Source: an uncultured Verrucomicrobiae bacterium (GTDB taxonomy: Bacteria; Verrucomicrobiota; Verrucomicrobiia; Limisphaerales; Palsa-1400). Taken from it: a stretch of DNA of 64,000 bases. The stretch lies in NCBI GenBank assembly GCA_963764165.1, contig CAVXRD010000002.1:1920001-1984000 (forward strand), read 5' to 3'. Each line of letters starts with the position of its first letter. Positions within the stretch are counted from its first letter, which is position 1. Under the pieces are notes generated by a model, which was not told the origin of the DNA, did no database searches, and saw only the letters and a program-made list of their open reading frames with translations. Positions 1 to 9,990 of the stretch are shown one piece after another. The position numbers and the translations under genes were made by a program.

Positions 1-1
1 A

Positions 2-832
2 CCAGCCGGTTCCGCCACTGCCGCCCTCGCCACCACGAAAGCCCTTGCCATGACTACGTTTCAAAAAATCATTTACACCGTTGCCCTCGCGGTCGCCGCC
101 GGGGCGGGAATTTATGAAGCGCGCCGGGCCGCCCAATGGCGCGTGCAAAAAGAGGCGCTTGAGCGCCAGCGAACCTCGCTCACCGAACAAATCCAGCGTC
201 TGCAAGACGCCAGCGTCGAAGGCTCCAATCGGCTGGCTGGGCTCATGGCTGAGATTTCGACATTGAAATCGAACCAGAGCCAGAAGGAGCTTTTGCGATT
301 GCGGGGGCAGGTTGGGCAGATGAAAAGTGCGGAAGCCCAAAAGGACAGCGATCCGGCTCAATCAGAGGTGAAATCGCTGATGGAAAAAGCGCGCCTGCTC
401 AGGCAGTATCTTGATCAACACCCGATCCAGAAGATACCGGAGACCCAATTGGTTTCTGAAGTTCAATGGTTCGACGCAGTCAAGGCGAACAAGCTTGAAA
501 GCGAAGCCGATTTCAACGAGGCGCTCCACACTTTGCGAATTGCCGCAAAACAGCGATTCGGGAATTTGGTGCTCCAGGGACTGCAAGAGTATGCCACGGC
601 CAACGACGGGAATCTGCCTGACAGCCTGACGGATTTGCAGCCCTATTTTGGCGTGCCGGTGGATGATGCCATCTTGCAGCGTTACGGAATGGTGCGAACC
701 GGAAAAGTGAGCGATGTCCCGCCGGATGCCTCCGTGATCCGGGAAACGGCGCCTTTGGCGAATCCCGGCAATGACAGCCAATTTGAGTTCAAAATGAACG
801 GCTTCACAATAAAAACCGTGCGGGCGCAGTGA
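2..832 (+). CDS. 5'-partial protein, probably the C-terminal extension of a Verrucomicrobial ECF sigma factor
   Basis: Frame is open from base 2 (PAGSATAALATTKALAMTTFQK...). The TKALAMTTxQK + TM + coiled-coil pattern is recalled from extended ECF sigma factors; the sigma domain would lie upstream of the window. Confidence 0.55.
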   Translation, partial: PAGSATAALATTKALAMTTFQKIIYTVALAVAAGAGIYEARRAAQWRVQKEALERQRTSLTEQIQRLQDASVEGSNRLAGLMAEISTLKSNQSQKELLRLRGQVGQMKSAEAQKDSDPAQSEVKSLMEKARLLRQYLDQHPIQKIPETQLVSEVQWFDAVKANKLESEADFNEALHTLRIAAKQRFGNLVLQGLQEYATANDGNLPDSLTDLQPYFGVPVDDAILQRYGMVRTGKVSDVPPDASVIRETAPLANPGNDSQFEFKMNGFTIKTVRAQ

Positions 833-967
833 TTCGCGAGAAGCAGCATTCTCGCCGTCTGCATCACGGCTTTTTTGTTAGGGGGATCGGGCAAACCAAA
901 CAAAAGCCAGCGCGGAAAATTTCAAAAAATTTGGCGTGACTCCGGCCAGATCCTGCCGTTCCCATCC

Positions 968-1267
968 CTATCGAACGCGACGCTTCCAGAATACCGGATC
1001 TCGTTTGACATGCGCGACCGCGATTACCTCAACATTGCCGCGCTCGAAAATGTAGACTATTGCAAAGGGAAATCTGCGAACTAAGGACCGGCGGGTGCCC
1101 CGATATGCATCAGGATGGCGAAGCGGATCTTCGGTTATTTTGTCCAAAACTGCCTTGATCTCGCCAAGGAATTCCAAACCCAATCCGCCCCGTCGCTCCT
1201 CGTACCATCGAAATGACTCCTCCATGTCCGACTCGGCTTCTGGACGGATGATATGCGGATAACTCAC
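968..1267 (-). CDS. RelE/ParE family toxin
   Basis: PEAESDMEESFRWYE...RRFPFAIVY...VIAVAHxKRDP; GTG start overlaps the antitoxin stop (GTGA at 1267-1264). Confidence 0.85.
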   Translation of the reverse strand: MSYPHIIRPEAESDMEESFRWYEERRGGLGLEFLGEIKAVLDKITEDPLRHPDAYRGTRRSLVRRFPFAIVYIFERGNVEVIAVAHVKRDPVFWKRRVR

Positions 1268-1488
1268 TTCCGTTTTGAGGTGATGCGACCATACACATCT
1301 TTCCATGGGGAACCGGCCGCCGGATTCGTTTGGCGGGAGGCCAGGCGCTCATCAATCAACTGCTTATCCATATCCGTCAATACGAGGGCTTCCGGAGCGT
1401 CGGCGATGCTGTTCCAGATGTCCTCCACCAATTGCAATCGCTCAGGCACTGGAAGCTGTAATAATTCTGATGCGGAAAACTTGTTCAT
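1264..1488 (-). CDS. Addiction-module antitoxin (74 aa)
   Basis: LLQLPVPERLQLVEDIWNSI...LIDERL...SPWKDV, directly upstream of the ParE toxin. Confidence 0.85.
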   Translation of the reverse strand: MNKFSASELLQLPVPERLQLVEDIWNSIADAPEALVLTDMDKQLIDERLASRQTNPAAGSPWKDVYGRITSKRK

Positions 1489-1589
1489 AGCCCAACCGTA
1501 ACAGTTCGTCGCGGCGGATTCAACCGCTTGTTCCGCAGATGGTCCGCAGGGGGTGTGATTAGAGGTGGGTGAGGCATGCAGCCCGTTAG

Positions 1590-1702
1590 GCGCGGCTGTG
1601 TCGAAGACCAGCCGCAGCGCGTTGAACCGGCAGGCGCGCCCGTTGCTCCCAGCGTGCTGCGGCTGGTTCTTTGTCGCTTTGCTCCGTCGAACACAGCCGC
1701 GC
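1590..1702. repeat. REP-like palindromic element (GCGCGGCTGTGTCGAAGACCAGCCGCAGC family)
   Basis: Nested inverted repeats gcgcggctgtg/cacagccgcgc and accagccgcagc/gctgcggctggt; second copy at 56384-56555. Confidence 0.7.
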
Positions 1703-1904
1703 TCCGCCTGAATGCGTGTGCGCATCACCCATTTCTAATAGCACCCTTCCGAAGGCCGGGAAGGAGCGCAAAATATTCGCATCCTTCGTCAAGATGTGAC
1801 CTGTTTCCGAACCCCGGCGATGCATCCTTGTCAGCGAAGAAATTCTCACGCGTTTCAGATTTTTCTCTCGCGGTGCGTCACGGTTGTGTTACTTGTAACG
1901 CCCG

Positions 1905-3566
1905 ATGACGGACACCGAAACGATCGCGGGCCAGCCCCAACCAAACATCGACCGCTGGCCCTCGCAAATAAGATACATTATCGGGAACGAGGCGTGCGAG
2001 CGCTTCAGTTACTACGGGATGAAAAGCATTCTCGCCGTCTATATCACGACGGCGTTTCTGCAAGGGGGATTGGGGCAAACTAAAGACAGCTCCACCATCA
2101 TCATCCACCTCTTCAGCGCCGTGAACTATTTTATGCCGCTATTCGGCGCATGGCTCTCGGACAAGTGGATCGGCAGATACCACACCATCCTTTGGGTTTC
2201 ACTCTTCTATTGCGCGGGCCACGGCGTGCTGGCTTGCAGCGAACTCGCTCACGATGTGAACGGAAAGCTGGCGTGCCTCTACGCGGGCCTGGGATTGATC
2301 GCGTTTGGGTCGGGTGGAATAAAGCCGTGCGTTTCGGCTTTCATGGGAGACCAATTCAAGCCGGAACAATCGCATTTGCTGCAAAAGGCCTACGGCGTAT
2401 TTTATTTCACAATCAATTTTGGCTCATTCTTTGCCTTCCTCCTTATTCCGATGATTCGGGACCATAAAGGCTATGGCTGGGCGTTTGGCGTTCCGGGCAT
2501 TCTGATGGGAATTGCAACGTTCATCTTCTGGCTGGGGACGAAGAAATATGTGCGCGTCCCCCCGGGCAAAGACACAAAATCCGCCGGCTTCGTCAAAGTG
2601 TTTGCCACCGCCTATTCCAACACCACCCACTCGCGCTTCGACGCATTGGTGAATATCGTCACGACCCTCGGCTTCCCCTTGTTCATCATTATTTCACTGG
2701 GCATTTTCAATACCGCATTCGATCTGATGAAGAAGGACGATGCGGCGCAGGTTGTTTGCACAGCGGCCGTGGCAGCAACGGTTCTCTGGTACGCTTCCGT
2801 TTTGATAGCGAGCTTTCGCGGCAAATTTGATCTCGGCGATGGCTTTTGGAACGGTGCCAAAGGTCATTTCAGCGAGAAGGAAATTTCCGGAGCCCGCTCC
2901 GTGATGCCGATTCTCTTCGTCTTCGCGTTGATTCCCGTTTTTTGGTCCCTCTTCAACCAGACCAATTCGACGTGGGTTTTGCAGGCGGGGGGCATGGTTC
3001 CAGCCATCGTCCCGCTTTTCGGGGGCCACACCTTTAAAATCGGCGCCGAGGAAATGCAATCCATGAACGCTCTGATGGTTTTGATTCTGGTGCCGTTTTT
3101 CACCCTTGTGGTTTATCCGCTCGTCGGAAAGTGGGCCTCGCCTTTGCGCCGCGTCTCCTGCGGCATCTTTCTGACCTCCGCCTCGTATCTCGTGGTAGCC
3201 GCGCTCCAGCGCCAGATCGAAACTGGCCACCAATTAAATGTGCTGTGGCAAAGCGCGCCCTACCTGGTCATATCCGCCGCCGAAGTTCTCGTGTCAACAA
3301 CCGGATTGGAATTTGCCTTTCGCGAAGCAGCGCCGGAATTGAAGAGCACCATCATGAGCTTTTTCCTGCTGACGATCACGATTGGCGATTTGTTTGTGGT
3401 GGGGATTACCAGGCTGCTCACCACCCCCGGCAGCGGCCATGAGGAATCCGTCAAAACTTCGACTTTTCTGATTTACTCTGGGGTAACCTTCGTGGTGGCC
3501 ATCCTCTTCAGCCTGGTCGCCATGAACTACAAATACCGCGACGCCTCGGCCGCGCAAGGGAAGTAG
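1905..3566 (+). CDS. POT family proton-dependent oligopeptide transporter (MFS)
   Basis: ExxERFxYYG motif (NEACERFSYYGM), GSGGIKP, YFTINFGS, many TM helices. Confidence 0.92.
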   Translation: MTDTETIAGQPQPNIDRWPSQIRYIIGNEACERFSYYGMKSILAVYITTAFLQGGLGQTKDSSTIIIHLFSAVNYFMPLFGAWLSDKWIGRYHTILWVSLFYCAGHGVLACSELAHDVNGKLACLYAGLGLIAFGSGGIKPCVSAFMGDQFKPEQSHLLQKAYGVFYFTINFGSFFAFLLIPMIRDHKGYGWAFGVPGILMGIATFIFWLGTKKYVRVPPGKDTKSAGFVKVFATAYSNTTHSRFDALVNIVTTLGFPLFIIISLGIFNTAFDLMKKDDAAQVVCTAAVAATVLWYASVLIASFRGKFDLGDGFWNGAKGHFSEKEISGARSVMPILFVFALIPVFWSLFNQTNSTWVLQAGGMVPAIVPLFGGHTFKIGAEEMQSMNALMVLILVPFFTLVVYPLVGKWASPLRRVSCGIFLTSASYLVVAALQRQIETGHQLNVLWQSAPYLVISAAEVLVSTTGLEFAFREAAPELKSTIMSFFLLTITIGDLFVVGITRLLTTPGSGHEESVKTSTFLIYSGVTFVVAILFSLVAMNYKYRDASAAQGK

Positions 3567-3583
3567 CCACGCGCTGTCCGCAT

Positions 3584-4393
3584 ATGGACGAGCCTCCCAT
3601 TATTCGTCCGTTGTCCGATGCCGATCTTCACGAACTTCTGCGCGCCAAGGCCTTGATCGAGCGCCCCGGCCTGGCCATCCGGCTGGCGAATTTAGTTGGC
3701 TCGCCGCTGGAGAAGGGTTTCGCGCTATTGCCGAAAAATTGGAACGCGGTTGTCAACAAGGCGGCGCATAATGCCTTGATGAAGGCGCTGAGCGTCGCCG
3801 TCGCCACTCTCGGCCATCCCACGGGGCGCGGCTCGCGCGAATTCTCGCATAAGGTGATGGCGGGCGTGTCCGGTGGTTTCGGCGGCTTGTTCGGCCTGGC
3901 CGCGCTGCCGATTGAACTGCCGATTTCGACAACGATTATGATGCGTTCCATCGCGGATGTCGCGCGCAGCGAGGGCCATGATCTGTCAAACATTGAAACG
4001 CGCCTCTCGTGCCTGGAGGTGTTTGCGCTTGGCTGCAAAGAGGCGACTCCTGAAGCGGCCCAAAGCGCCTATTGGGCCACCCGCGCCGCGCTGACTCAAA
4101 GCATCTCCGAAGCCGCTTCGCACATTGCGCGCAAAGGAGTCGTCAGCGAATCCGCCCCGGCCATCGCGCGGTTGATTGCGCAAATTGCCGCCCGTTTCGG
4201 CGTGGTGATTTCCGAGGAGGTCGCGGCCAAGGCGATTCCGATCTTGGGTGCGGTGGGCGGCGGCACGATCAACGTCATGTTCATCACCCATTTCCAGGCG
4301 GTGGCGCGCGGCCATTTCATCATCCAGCGCCTCGAAAAGCAGCACGGCCGCGACCAGCTCCGCGCCGCCTATGAGCGCTTGGCGTTAAAGTAG
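3584..4393 (+). CDS. EcsC family protein
   Basis: GGFGGLFGLAALPIELPISTTIMMRSIADVARSEG; AKAIPILGAVGGGTIN. Confidence 0.8.
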   Translation: MDEPPIIRPLSDADLHELLRAKALIERPGLAIRLANLVGSPLEKGFALLPKNWNAVVNKAAHNALMKALSVAVATLGHPTGRGSREFSHKVMAGVSGGFGGLFGLAALPIELPISTTIMMRSIADVARSEGHDLSNIETRLSCLEVFALGCKEATPEAAQSAYWATRAALTQSISEAASHIARKGVVSESAPAIARLIAQIAARFGVVISEEVAAKAIPILGAVGGGTINVMFITHFQAVARGHFIIQRLEKQHGRDQLRAAYERLALK

Positions 4394-4420
4394 AATCGGC
4401 GCAAATCTGCTCTTGACGCC

Positions 4421-4516
4421 GGCTCGGAAGGGCCTCGCCCTACCGGGACCAGACCGAGGACGCGGAGTTAAAAATCACTGCCAGGCAAAATGAGCGTCCT
4501 CTCCGCGCTCTCGGTC
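4421..4516. repeat. REP-like half site plus inverted repeat between convergent genes
   Basis: 4421-4444 reads GGTAGGGCGAGGCCCTTCCGAGCC on the minus strand (similar to 35804-35828); gaccgaggacgcggag (4452-4467) is an inverted repeat of 4501-4516 at 14/16. Confidence 0.5.
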
Positions 4517-4556
4517 TTTCCCTTGTTCAGATTTTTCCGCAGAAACGCCGCAAGCG

Positions 4557-5114
4557 CTATTCCAACCCCAAGACCCTGCGGCCATCCGCGGTGATCATGG
4601 ATTGATGCCACGGGGGATCCCACACGATGTCCACTTCCGCATCGTCCACTCCGGGGAGATACAAAATTTTCTGGCGCGCATCGGAGGCAATGACGGTTCC
4701 CATCCCGCAGCCTGGCGCGGTCAATGTCATCTTCACGCGGACGATGCTGTTGCCCGTTGGAGCGGGTTCGATGACGAGATCGTAAATCAAGCCAAGGTCA
4801 ACAATGTTCACCGGGATTTCCGGGTCGAAGCATGACTTTAACGTGTCCCAGACCAGCTTCTCATCAACGGGGCCTGTTGTGCCCGCCGGTTTCTCGGCGA
4901 CTTCTTCCATCAGGCTTCGAGATGGCTGGATGCCCAGCGCGTCGGCATCCCTGGCGGCGATGCGGAACAAGCCGCCCGGAGCGCGCACGGTGTAATTGCC
5001 GCCGAGAGTTTGCGTGATGTCGACGGGCGTGCCTTCGTGCAGGCGCGACGTGTTGCCCAGGGGAATTTGAATCGCGTCGCAATCGCGAGTTAATTTGACA
5101 GTTGTATCTTCCAT
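4557..5114 (-). CDS. sufT: Fe-S cluster assembly protein SufT (DUF59/PaaD-like)
   Basis: ITQTLGGNYTV N-terminal domain; DPEIPVNIVDLGLIY...MTLTAPGCGMG...WDPPW. Confidence 0.88.
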   Translation of the reverse strand: MEDTTVKLTRDCDAIQIPLGNTSRLHEGTPVDITQTLGGNYTVRAPGGLFRIAARDADALGIQPSRSLMEEVAEKPAGTTGPVDEKLVWDTLKSCFDPEIPVNIVDLGLIYDLVIEPAPTGNSIVRVKMTLTAPGCGMGTVIASDARQKILYLPGVDDAEVDIVWDPPWHQSMITADGRRVLGLE

Positions 5115-5123
5115 AGTGGGCAA

Positions 5124-6185
5124 TCAATGAGTCTGGGGAAATCGGAAGATGATGACGCTCTTGTAGGTCTCTCCCGGCCTGAGGACGGTGGACGGAAATT
5201 CCGGCTGGTTGGGGGAATCCGGGAAATGCTGCGCCTCCAGGCAAAAGCCCGTTCGGAACGCGTAAACCCGCCCGCCCTTCCCGGTGATGGAGCCGTCGAG
5301 AAAATTTCCGGTGTAAAACTGCAAACCCGGCTCGGTGGTAAGGACTTCCAATATGCGGCCGCTCGCCGGCTCGGTGGCGCGGGCCGCGAGGCCAAGCTGG
5401 CCGGGCGGATGATTTAGCACGAAATTATGATCGTAGCCGCGGGCCAACTTCAGTTGCTCGTCAGCGTCTTCAATGCGCGCGCCGATGACGTGCAGGGCGC
5501 GGAAATCAAACGGCGTGCCAGCCACGGGCTTCAATTCGCCGGTCGGAATCAGATCGCTGTTAATCGGGGTAAAGCGGTCTGCATTGATTTGCACTTCGTG
5601 CCCGAGAACATCGCCCTTCCCGGCGAGATTGAAATAGGTGTGCTGCGTCAGGTTCAGAACGGTTGTTTTGTCCGTGGTCGCGGTGAAATCGAGGCGCAAG
5701 CCGTCGTCGCTCGTCATTGAATAGACGGCTTTGACGGTCAGGTTCCCCGGATAACCTTCCTCGCCGTCGGCGCTCACATAAGTGAGTTCCAACGAAGGGC
5801 CATTCGGGCCGGAAATCTGGGCGGCTTTCCAGATTTTCTTGTCAAATCCGAGGTTGCCGCCGTGCAGGGAATTTGTGCCGCTGTTGGTGGCGAGCTGGTA
5901 ACGCGCGCCTTCAAGCGCAAAGGATCCCCCGGCAATCCGGTTCCCGTACCTCCCAACCAGCGCCCCAAAATAGGGCGTGGCCTTTAGATAACCCTGCAAG
6001 TCCTCATATCCCAGCACCACGTCGTCCATTCGGCCATGGCGATCAGGAACCTTCAGCGAAACCACAATGCCGCCGTAATTGGTGATGCGAGCCTCCATTC
6101 CGCTGGGCCGGCTGAGGGTGAAAATATTCACCGGGGATCCGTCCGCCGTCTGGCCGAATGGGGCCTGAGAAATGAGAGTTTCCAT
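5124..6185 (-). CDS. galM: Aldose 1-epimerase (galactose mutarotase)
   Basis: GRYGNRI, NSLHGG, NLTQHTYFNL, GYDHNF, CLEAQHFPD. Confidence 0.93.
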   Translation of the reverse strand: METLISQAPFGQTADGSPVNIFTLSRPSGMEARITNYGGIVVSLKVPDRHGRMDDVVLGYEDLQGYLKATPYFGALVGRYGNRIAGGSFALEGARYQLATNSGTNSLHGGNLGFDKKIWKAAQISGPNGPSLELTYVSADGEEGYPGNLTVKAVYSMTSDDGLRLDFTATTDKTTVLNLTQHTYFNLAGKGDVLGHEVQINADRFTPINSDLIPTGELKPVAGTPFDFRALHVIGARIEDADEQLKLARGYDHNFVLNHPPGQLGLAARATEPASGRILEVLTTEPGLQFYTGNFLDGSITGKGGRVYAFRTGFCLEAQHFPDSPNQPEFPSTVLRPGETYKSVIIFRFPQTH

Positions 6186-6533
6186 AATCGCAGTCTAAGA
6201 ACGCCCTCCAATCAAGTCAACCAACCGGCGGGCTGAAGTTTAATTTCCGCCGGGCGAGACTCCGTCGAGCCATTATAAATCGCGTGGAATCCAGAATAAC
6301 ATTGGGGTTCGGCAAAGTTTCGCTTTAAATGAGGCCAAATTCAACCGCATCATGGCATAAATCGGCAAAAAAAGCATGGAGAAACCGTTCGACGAACATG
6401 GATTCTTGACCCGCCGCCCTGCGGCAATCTCCAGAATCCCTGCCGCATAAGGTGGCATGGCTTAAGAATTGCTTCATAGTTGCCGATTAGAAGTTCGTCG
6501 AGGGATTGCAGTAAGAAGAAATTGCCTACATAT

Positions 6534-6986
6534 ATGCGCGCGCGTCGATCACTCAGAAACCGGGCGGCCTCTCTCGGATTTTCGCTTATCGAAGTCTGTG
6601 TGGCGCTGGCCATTGGAGTCATGGTCATGGCGGGGATGTTTCAAGGCTACACCATCGCCTCGCGCCGGGCCCAGTTTTCCGCTTATCAACTGGCGGCCAC
6701 CCAAATGGCGATGCAGCAGATGGAAAGCATTGTGGCTGCAACGTGGGTGGTTTCGGGGACGAGCATTACCAATGTTTTCAGCCCTTCGATGACAAATACG
6801 CAGGTCAACGCGCTTTGCATGCCCAACAGCGGGACGAATCTCGTTTATGCGACCAATTTTGCGACAGTTACCCAGATTTCGACCAATCCGCCCTACCTGC
6901 AGGTGCAGGTCAGTTGCGTGTGGAATTTCATGGGGATGGGAACGTTCACCAACTCGGTGGCCGTTCTGCGGGGGCCGGACTTGTGA
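6534..6986 (+). CDS. Type IV minor pilin (PilV-like) with prepilin cleavage motif
   Basis: GFSLIEVCVALAI class III signal peptide; start chosen at ATG 6534. Confidence 0.75.
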   Translation: MRARRSLRNRAASLGFSLIEVCVALAIGVMVMAGMFQGYTIASRRAQFSAYQLAATQMAMQQMESIVAATWVVSGTSITNVFSPSMTNTQVNALCMPNSGTNLVYATNFATVTQISTNPPYLQVQVSCVWNFMGMGTFTNSVAVLRGPDL

Positions 6987-7642
6987 AAATCCGCCTCAGC
7001 TCAAGCTGGACCCAGCCCCGCGACGGATTCACCGCGACAGAGATGCTTATTGTGATGGGCACGCTGGTGATCCTTTGCACGGGGATGATCATGGCCAACA
7101 TGTATGGCGCGTCGATGGCGGTGCGCCAGCAAATCTGGCTCAGTTGCAGCGACGATTCCGCCAAGGCCCTGGGAATGATTTTCTCCGATGTCCGGTCTGG
7201 GGCGTCGAATTATGTCGGCAATGGAAGTCTCGGCGGCTTCACCAACGTGGGCGGCACCAACACCTGGCAGCAGGGCAACGCGCTGATGATCATGCAGGCC
7301 AATACCAACGGGAACACCAACGGCGCCTGGATCATGTATTATTATGACCCGGCTAGCAGCAACCTGTACCGGACCAATTGGACTGGATCAAATTCGGGCG
7401 ACTACCGGATGGTGAGCGCGAACCAGCTCATGACGAACAACGCCTACAACAGCAACATTTTCTCCGCCTACAACGTCCAGAACGGCGTTTGGGTGCCTCA
7501 ATCCAATGCTGTTGGAACGCCTTTGATCATGGTTTGCCTTGCTTACACGAAGCTGCAAAATCCGCAGATCGTCATCCAGCCCGGCGGCGCGGTTGATTTT
7601 TATCAGATCGTCACCTACGTCGCCTCCCGCAACCGGCCATGA
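6983..7642 (+). CDS. Type IV minor pilin (PilW-like)
   Basis: GFTATEMLIVMG; GTG start overlaps the upstream stop (GTGA). Confidence 0.7.
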   Translation: MKIRLSSSWTQPRDGFTATEMLIVMGTLVILCTGMIMANMYGASMAVRQQIWLSCSDDSAKALGMIFSDVRSGASNYVGNGSLGGFTNVGGTNTWQQGNALMIMQANTNGNTNGAWIMYYYDPASSNLYRTNWTGSNSGDYRMVSANQLMTNNAYNSNIFSAYNVQNGVWVPQSNAVGTPLIMVCLAYTKLQNPQIVIQPGGAVDFYQIVTYVASRNRP

Positions 7643-9981
7643 AGACCAGCCGATCCCATTCCCCAAGGAGCCAGAGCGGCTGGGCGCTGCTGGTGGTGAT
7701 GTCGCTGGCGGCGGCGGCGCTCCTGCTGGTGGCCAGCGTCATGACGTGGGCCAACGAAAACGCCACCGTGACCGCGCGCAACGCTGAATATTTCACCACA
7801 GCCTACGCGGCGGAATCGGCCACGGAAAAAGTCCTCAGCGCGATGGTGCAGGACGACCAGAATTACGGCGTGGGACTGGTCTACACGAAAACGGCCGCCT
7901 CGTCCTACAATGCGCTTGTGCCAACGACCACGGACAGCCCGTATTGGGCAAATTACCGATTTGGCTCCGGTTCGTCGTCGTCCGGCGGCACCGTGATCGT
8001 CCAATGCGTCAGCACGAATGTGACGAACTATGCCGGGCCGCCTTACTCGGGTTTGCAATATGTGGGCTCGGACTTCGAAATCATCGCCAGCGCCTCGAAC
8101 GCGAGCACGATGTACCATGTTCCCGCGACGGTCGGGCAGGAGGTGGTCTTTGGGCAGATACCCATCTTCCAATTCGCCATCTTTTACAATGATACAATGG
8201 AGATTGGGCCGGGCGCCAACATGGTGATCAACGGCACGGTTCATGGGAACACCAATATTTACGTCGATCCTGGTTCAGGCGTCACGCTGAGTTTTTACAC
8301 CGATGTCTCGGCAACCGGCACATTGAGTCAAACATGGAGTCCATTGAATCCAGCGCCGAACAATCCAGTCGGCACGATCAATTTCGATGGCAATCACGTG
8401 GCCGATGTGAATCCGCTGACGCTTCCGGTGGGAACCAACACGTCTGGCAGCAACACCAGCGGATCGGTTTACGCCATCATCCAAATGCCTCCCGCCGGCG
8501 AGTCGCCAAACTCGACGATTGGCACCAATCGTCTCTATAACCAAGTGGACATGATCATCACTATTTCCAACAACAACGTCATCACCGTCACCAGCGGGGT
8601 GGCGGTCAATGGCGCGGACACCGTCATTTCCAATGGCGATTGGAGCAAGTTCATCAATACCAACGGATCTTTCTACAACATGCGTGATGCGGCGACGGTT
8701 GATCCCATCGATATCGATATCGGCAAATTGACCCAGTGGAGCAACACCAACGCGACGCTGCGGCCGCTCCTCGCGGGCCTGCGCGGAAGCGCCGCGGCCA
8801 ACGTGGAGTCGATTTACGTGGCGGACAACCGCTTTATGAGCAATTCGACGATCACGACGAACACATCTTACACGACGAATACGGCCACGATGACCACCAG
8901 CAACTATCCGACCGCGGGGAGTTATTTGCCCCCGGTTGCGACCAATACGTCAGTGACGACTTCGGCCACGTATCCGACCAGCAACTTTATTCCACCCATC
9001 CTGACTACGAACCTGATCGCCACAACCTCGACCAATTCCCCGGCTGCCGGAACTTACGCGGGCACAATAACGAACAACACCACCAACTATTCCAATGTGT
9101 CCTCACCTCCTTCCCCAGGCCACTACACCGGCAGCATTACGACAAACACGACGCGAACGACCACCTCATCCCTGCCGGCGCCTAACACCTACACAGGGTC
9201 AATTACGACGAATGGCTCGGGCGGCGGCAGAACCTATACCTACAACCTGATCACAGGGTACAGCTATTCCTACACCTCGTATTCATACGCGGCCATCTCC
9301 GGCTACATTTTCAACGGCATCACCGGCTACACATACGCCAGCATCAGCGGAGTTGTTACCAATTACACATATACGACCAACTACGTCCAGTACGCCGAAC
9401 CAGGCATCGTGCTTACAAACGGAGGGCAGCTTCCTGCCAACGGCCTCTCCGTCGTCACACCCGATCCGGCCTACATAGTGGGGAATTGGAATGTGACCAA
9501 TACCAGCGGCCAGGGAATGCTCCAGACGTTTAACGTCTCTGATTCGCTGCCCAGCGCGGTTTACGCCGATGCCGTTACGATTCTTTCCTCGGCTTGGAAC
9601 CCGAATAATTCGACCGCAAGCATCAGTGGCACCACCAACCGGGTCGCTGCGCCGGATACGGTGAATGCGGCGATTTTGACCGGCAACGTGCCGTCGAACG
9701 GATCCCATTACAGCGGGGGGGTCGAGAACTTTGTGCGGTTTCAGGAAAATTGGTCTGGCGTGAATTTTTATTACAATGGGTCCATGGTGGAAATGTTTCC
9801 GAGCCAGATCGCAAATTCCCCATGGCCCGGGACCGGGACGGTTTACAACCCGCCGAACCGAAATTGGTCTTACGACACCAACTTCAACAACCCCTCGCAG
9901 TTGCCGCCGCTTGTGCCGCGCGTGACTTACTTGAACCGCGTCCGGTGGTATTCCCTGACAAACGGCGCGACTGTTTTCTAA
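7639..9981 (+). CDS. PilX-like protein with large Thr/Asn-rich C-terminal region
   Basis: QSGWALLVVM (no Glu5) and AYAAESA are typical of the PilX N-terminus; ATGA coupling to the upstream gene. Confidence 0.7.
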   Translation: MKTSRSHSPRSQSGWALLVVMSLAAAALLLVASVMTWANENATVTARNAEYFTTAYAAESATEKVLSAMVQDDQNYGVGLVYTKTAASSYNALVPTTTDSPYWANYRFGSGSSSSGGTVIVQCVSTNVTNYAGPPYSGLQYVGSDFEIIASASNASTMYHVPATVGQEVVFGQIPIFQFAIFYNDTMEIGPGANMVINGTVHGNTNIYVDPGSGVTLSFYTDVSATGTLSQTWSPLNPAPNNPVGTINFDGNHVADVNPLTLPVGTNTSGSNTSGSVYAIIQMPPAGESPNSTIGTNRLYNQVDMIITISNNNVITVTSGVAVNGADTVISNGDWSKFINTNGSFYNMRDAATVDPIDIDIGKLTQWSNTNATLRPLLAGLRGSAAANVESIYVADNRFMSNSTITTNTSYTTNTATMTTSNYPTAGSYLPPVATNTSVTTSATYPTSNFIPPILTTNLIATTSTNSPAAGTYAGTITNNTTNYSNVSSPPSPGHYTGSITTNTTRTTTSSLPAPNTYTGSITTNGSGGGRTYTYNLITGYSYSYTSYSYAAISGYIFNGITGYTYASISGVVTNYTYTTNYVQYAEPGIVLTNGGQLPANGLSVVTPDPAYIVGNWNVTNTSGQGMLQTFNVSDSLPSAVYADAVTILSSAWNPNNSTASISGTTNRVAAPDTVNAAILTGNVPSNGSHYSGGVENFVRFQENWSGVNFYYNGSMVEMFPSQIANSPWPGTGTVYNPPNRNWSYDTNFNNPSQLPPLVPRVTYLNRVRWYSLTNGATVF

Positions 9982-9990
9982 TTGCTCTTT

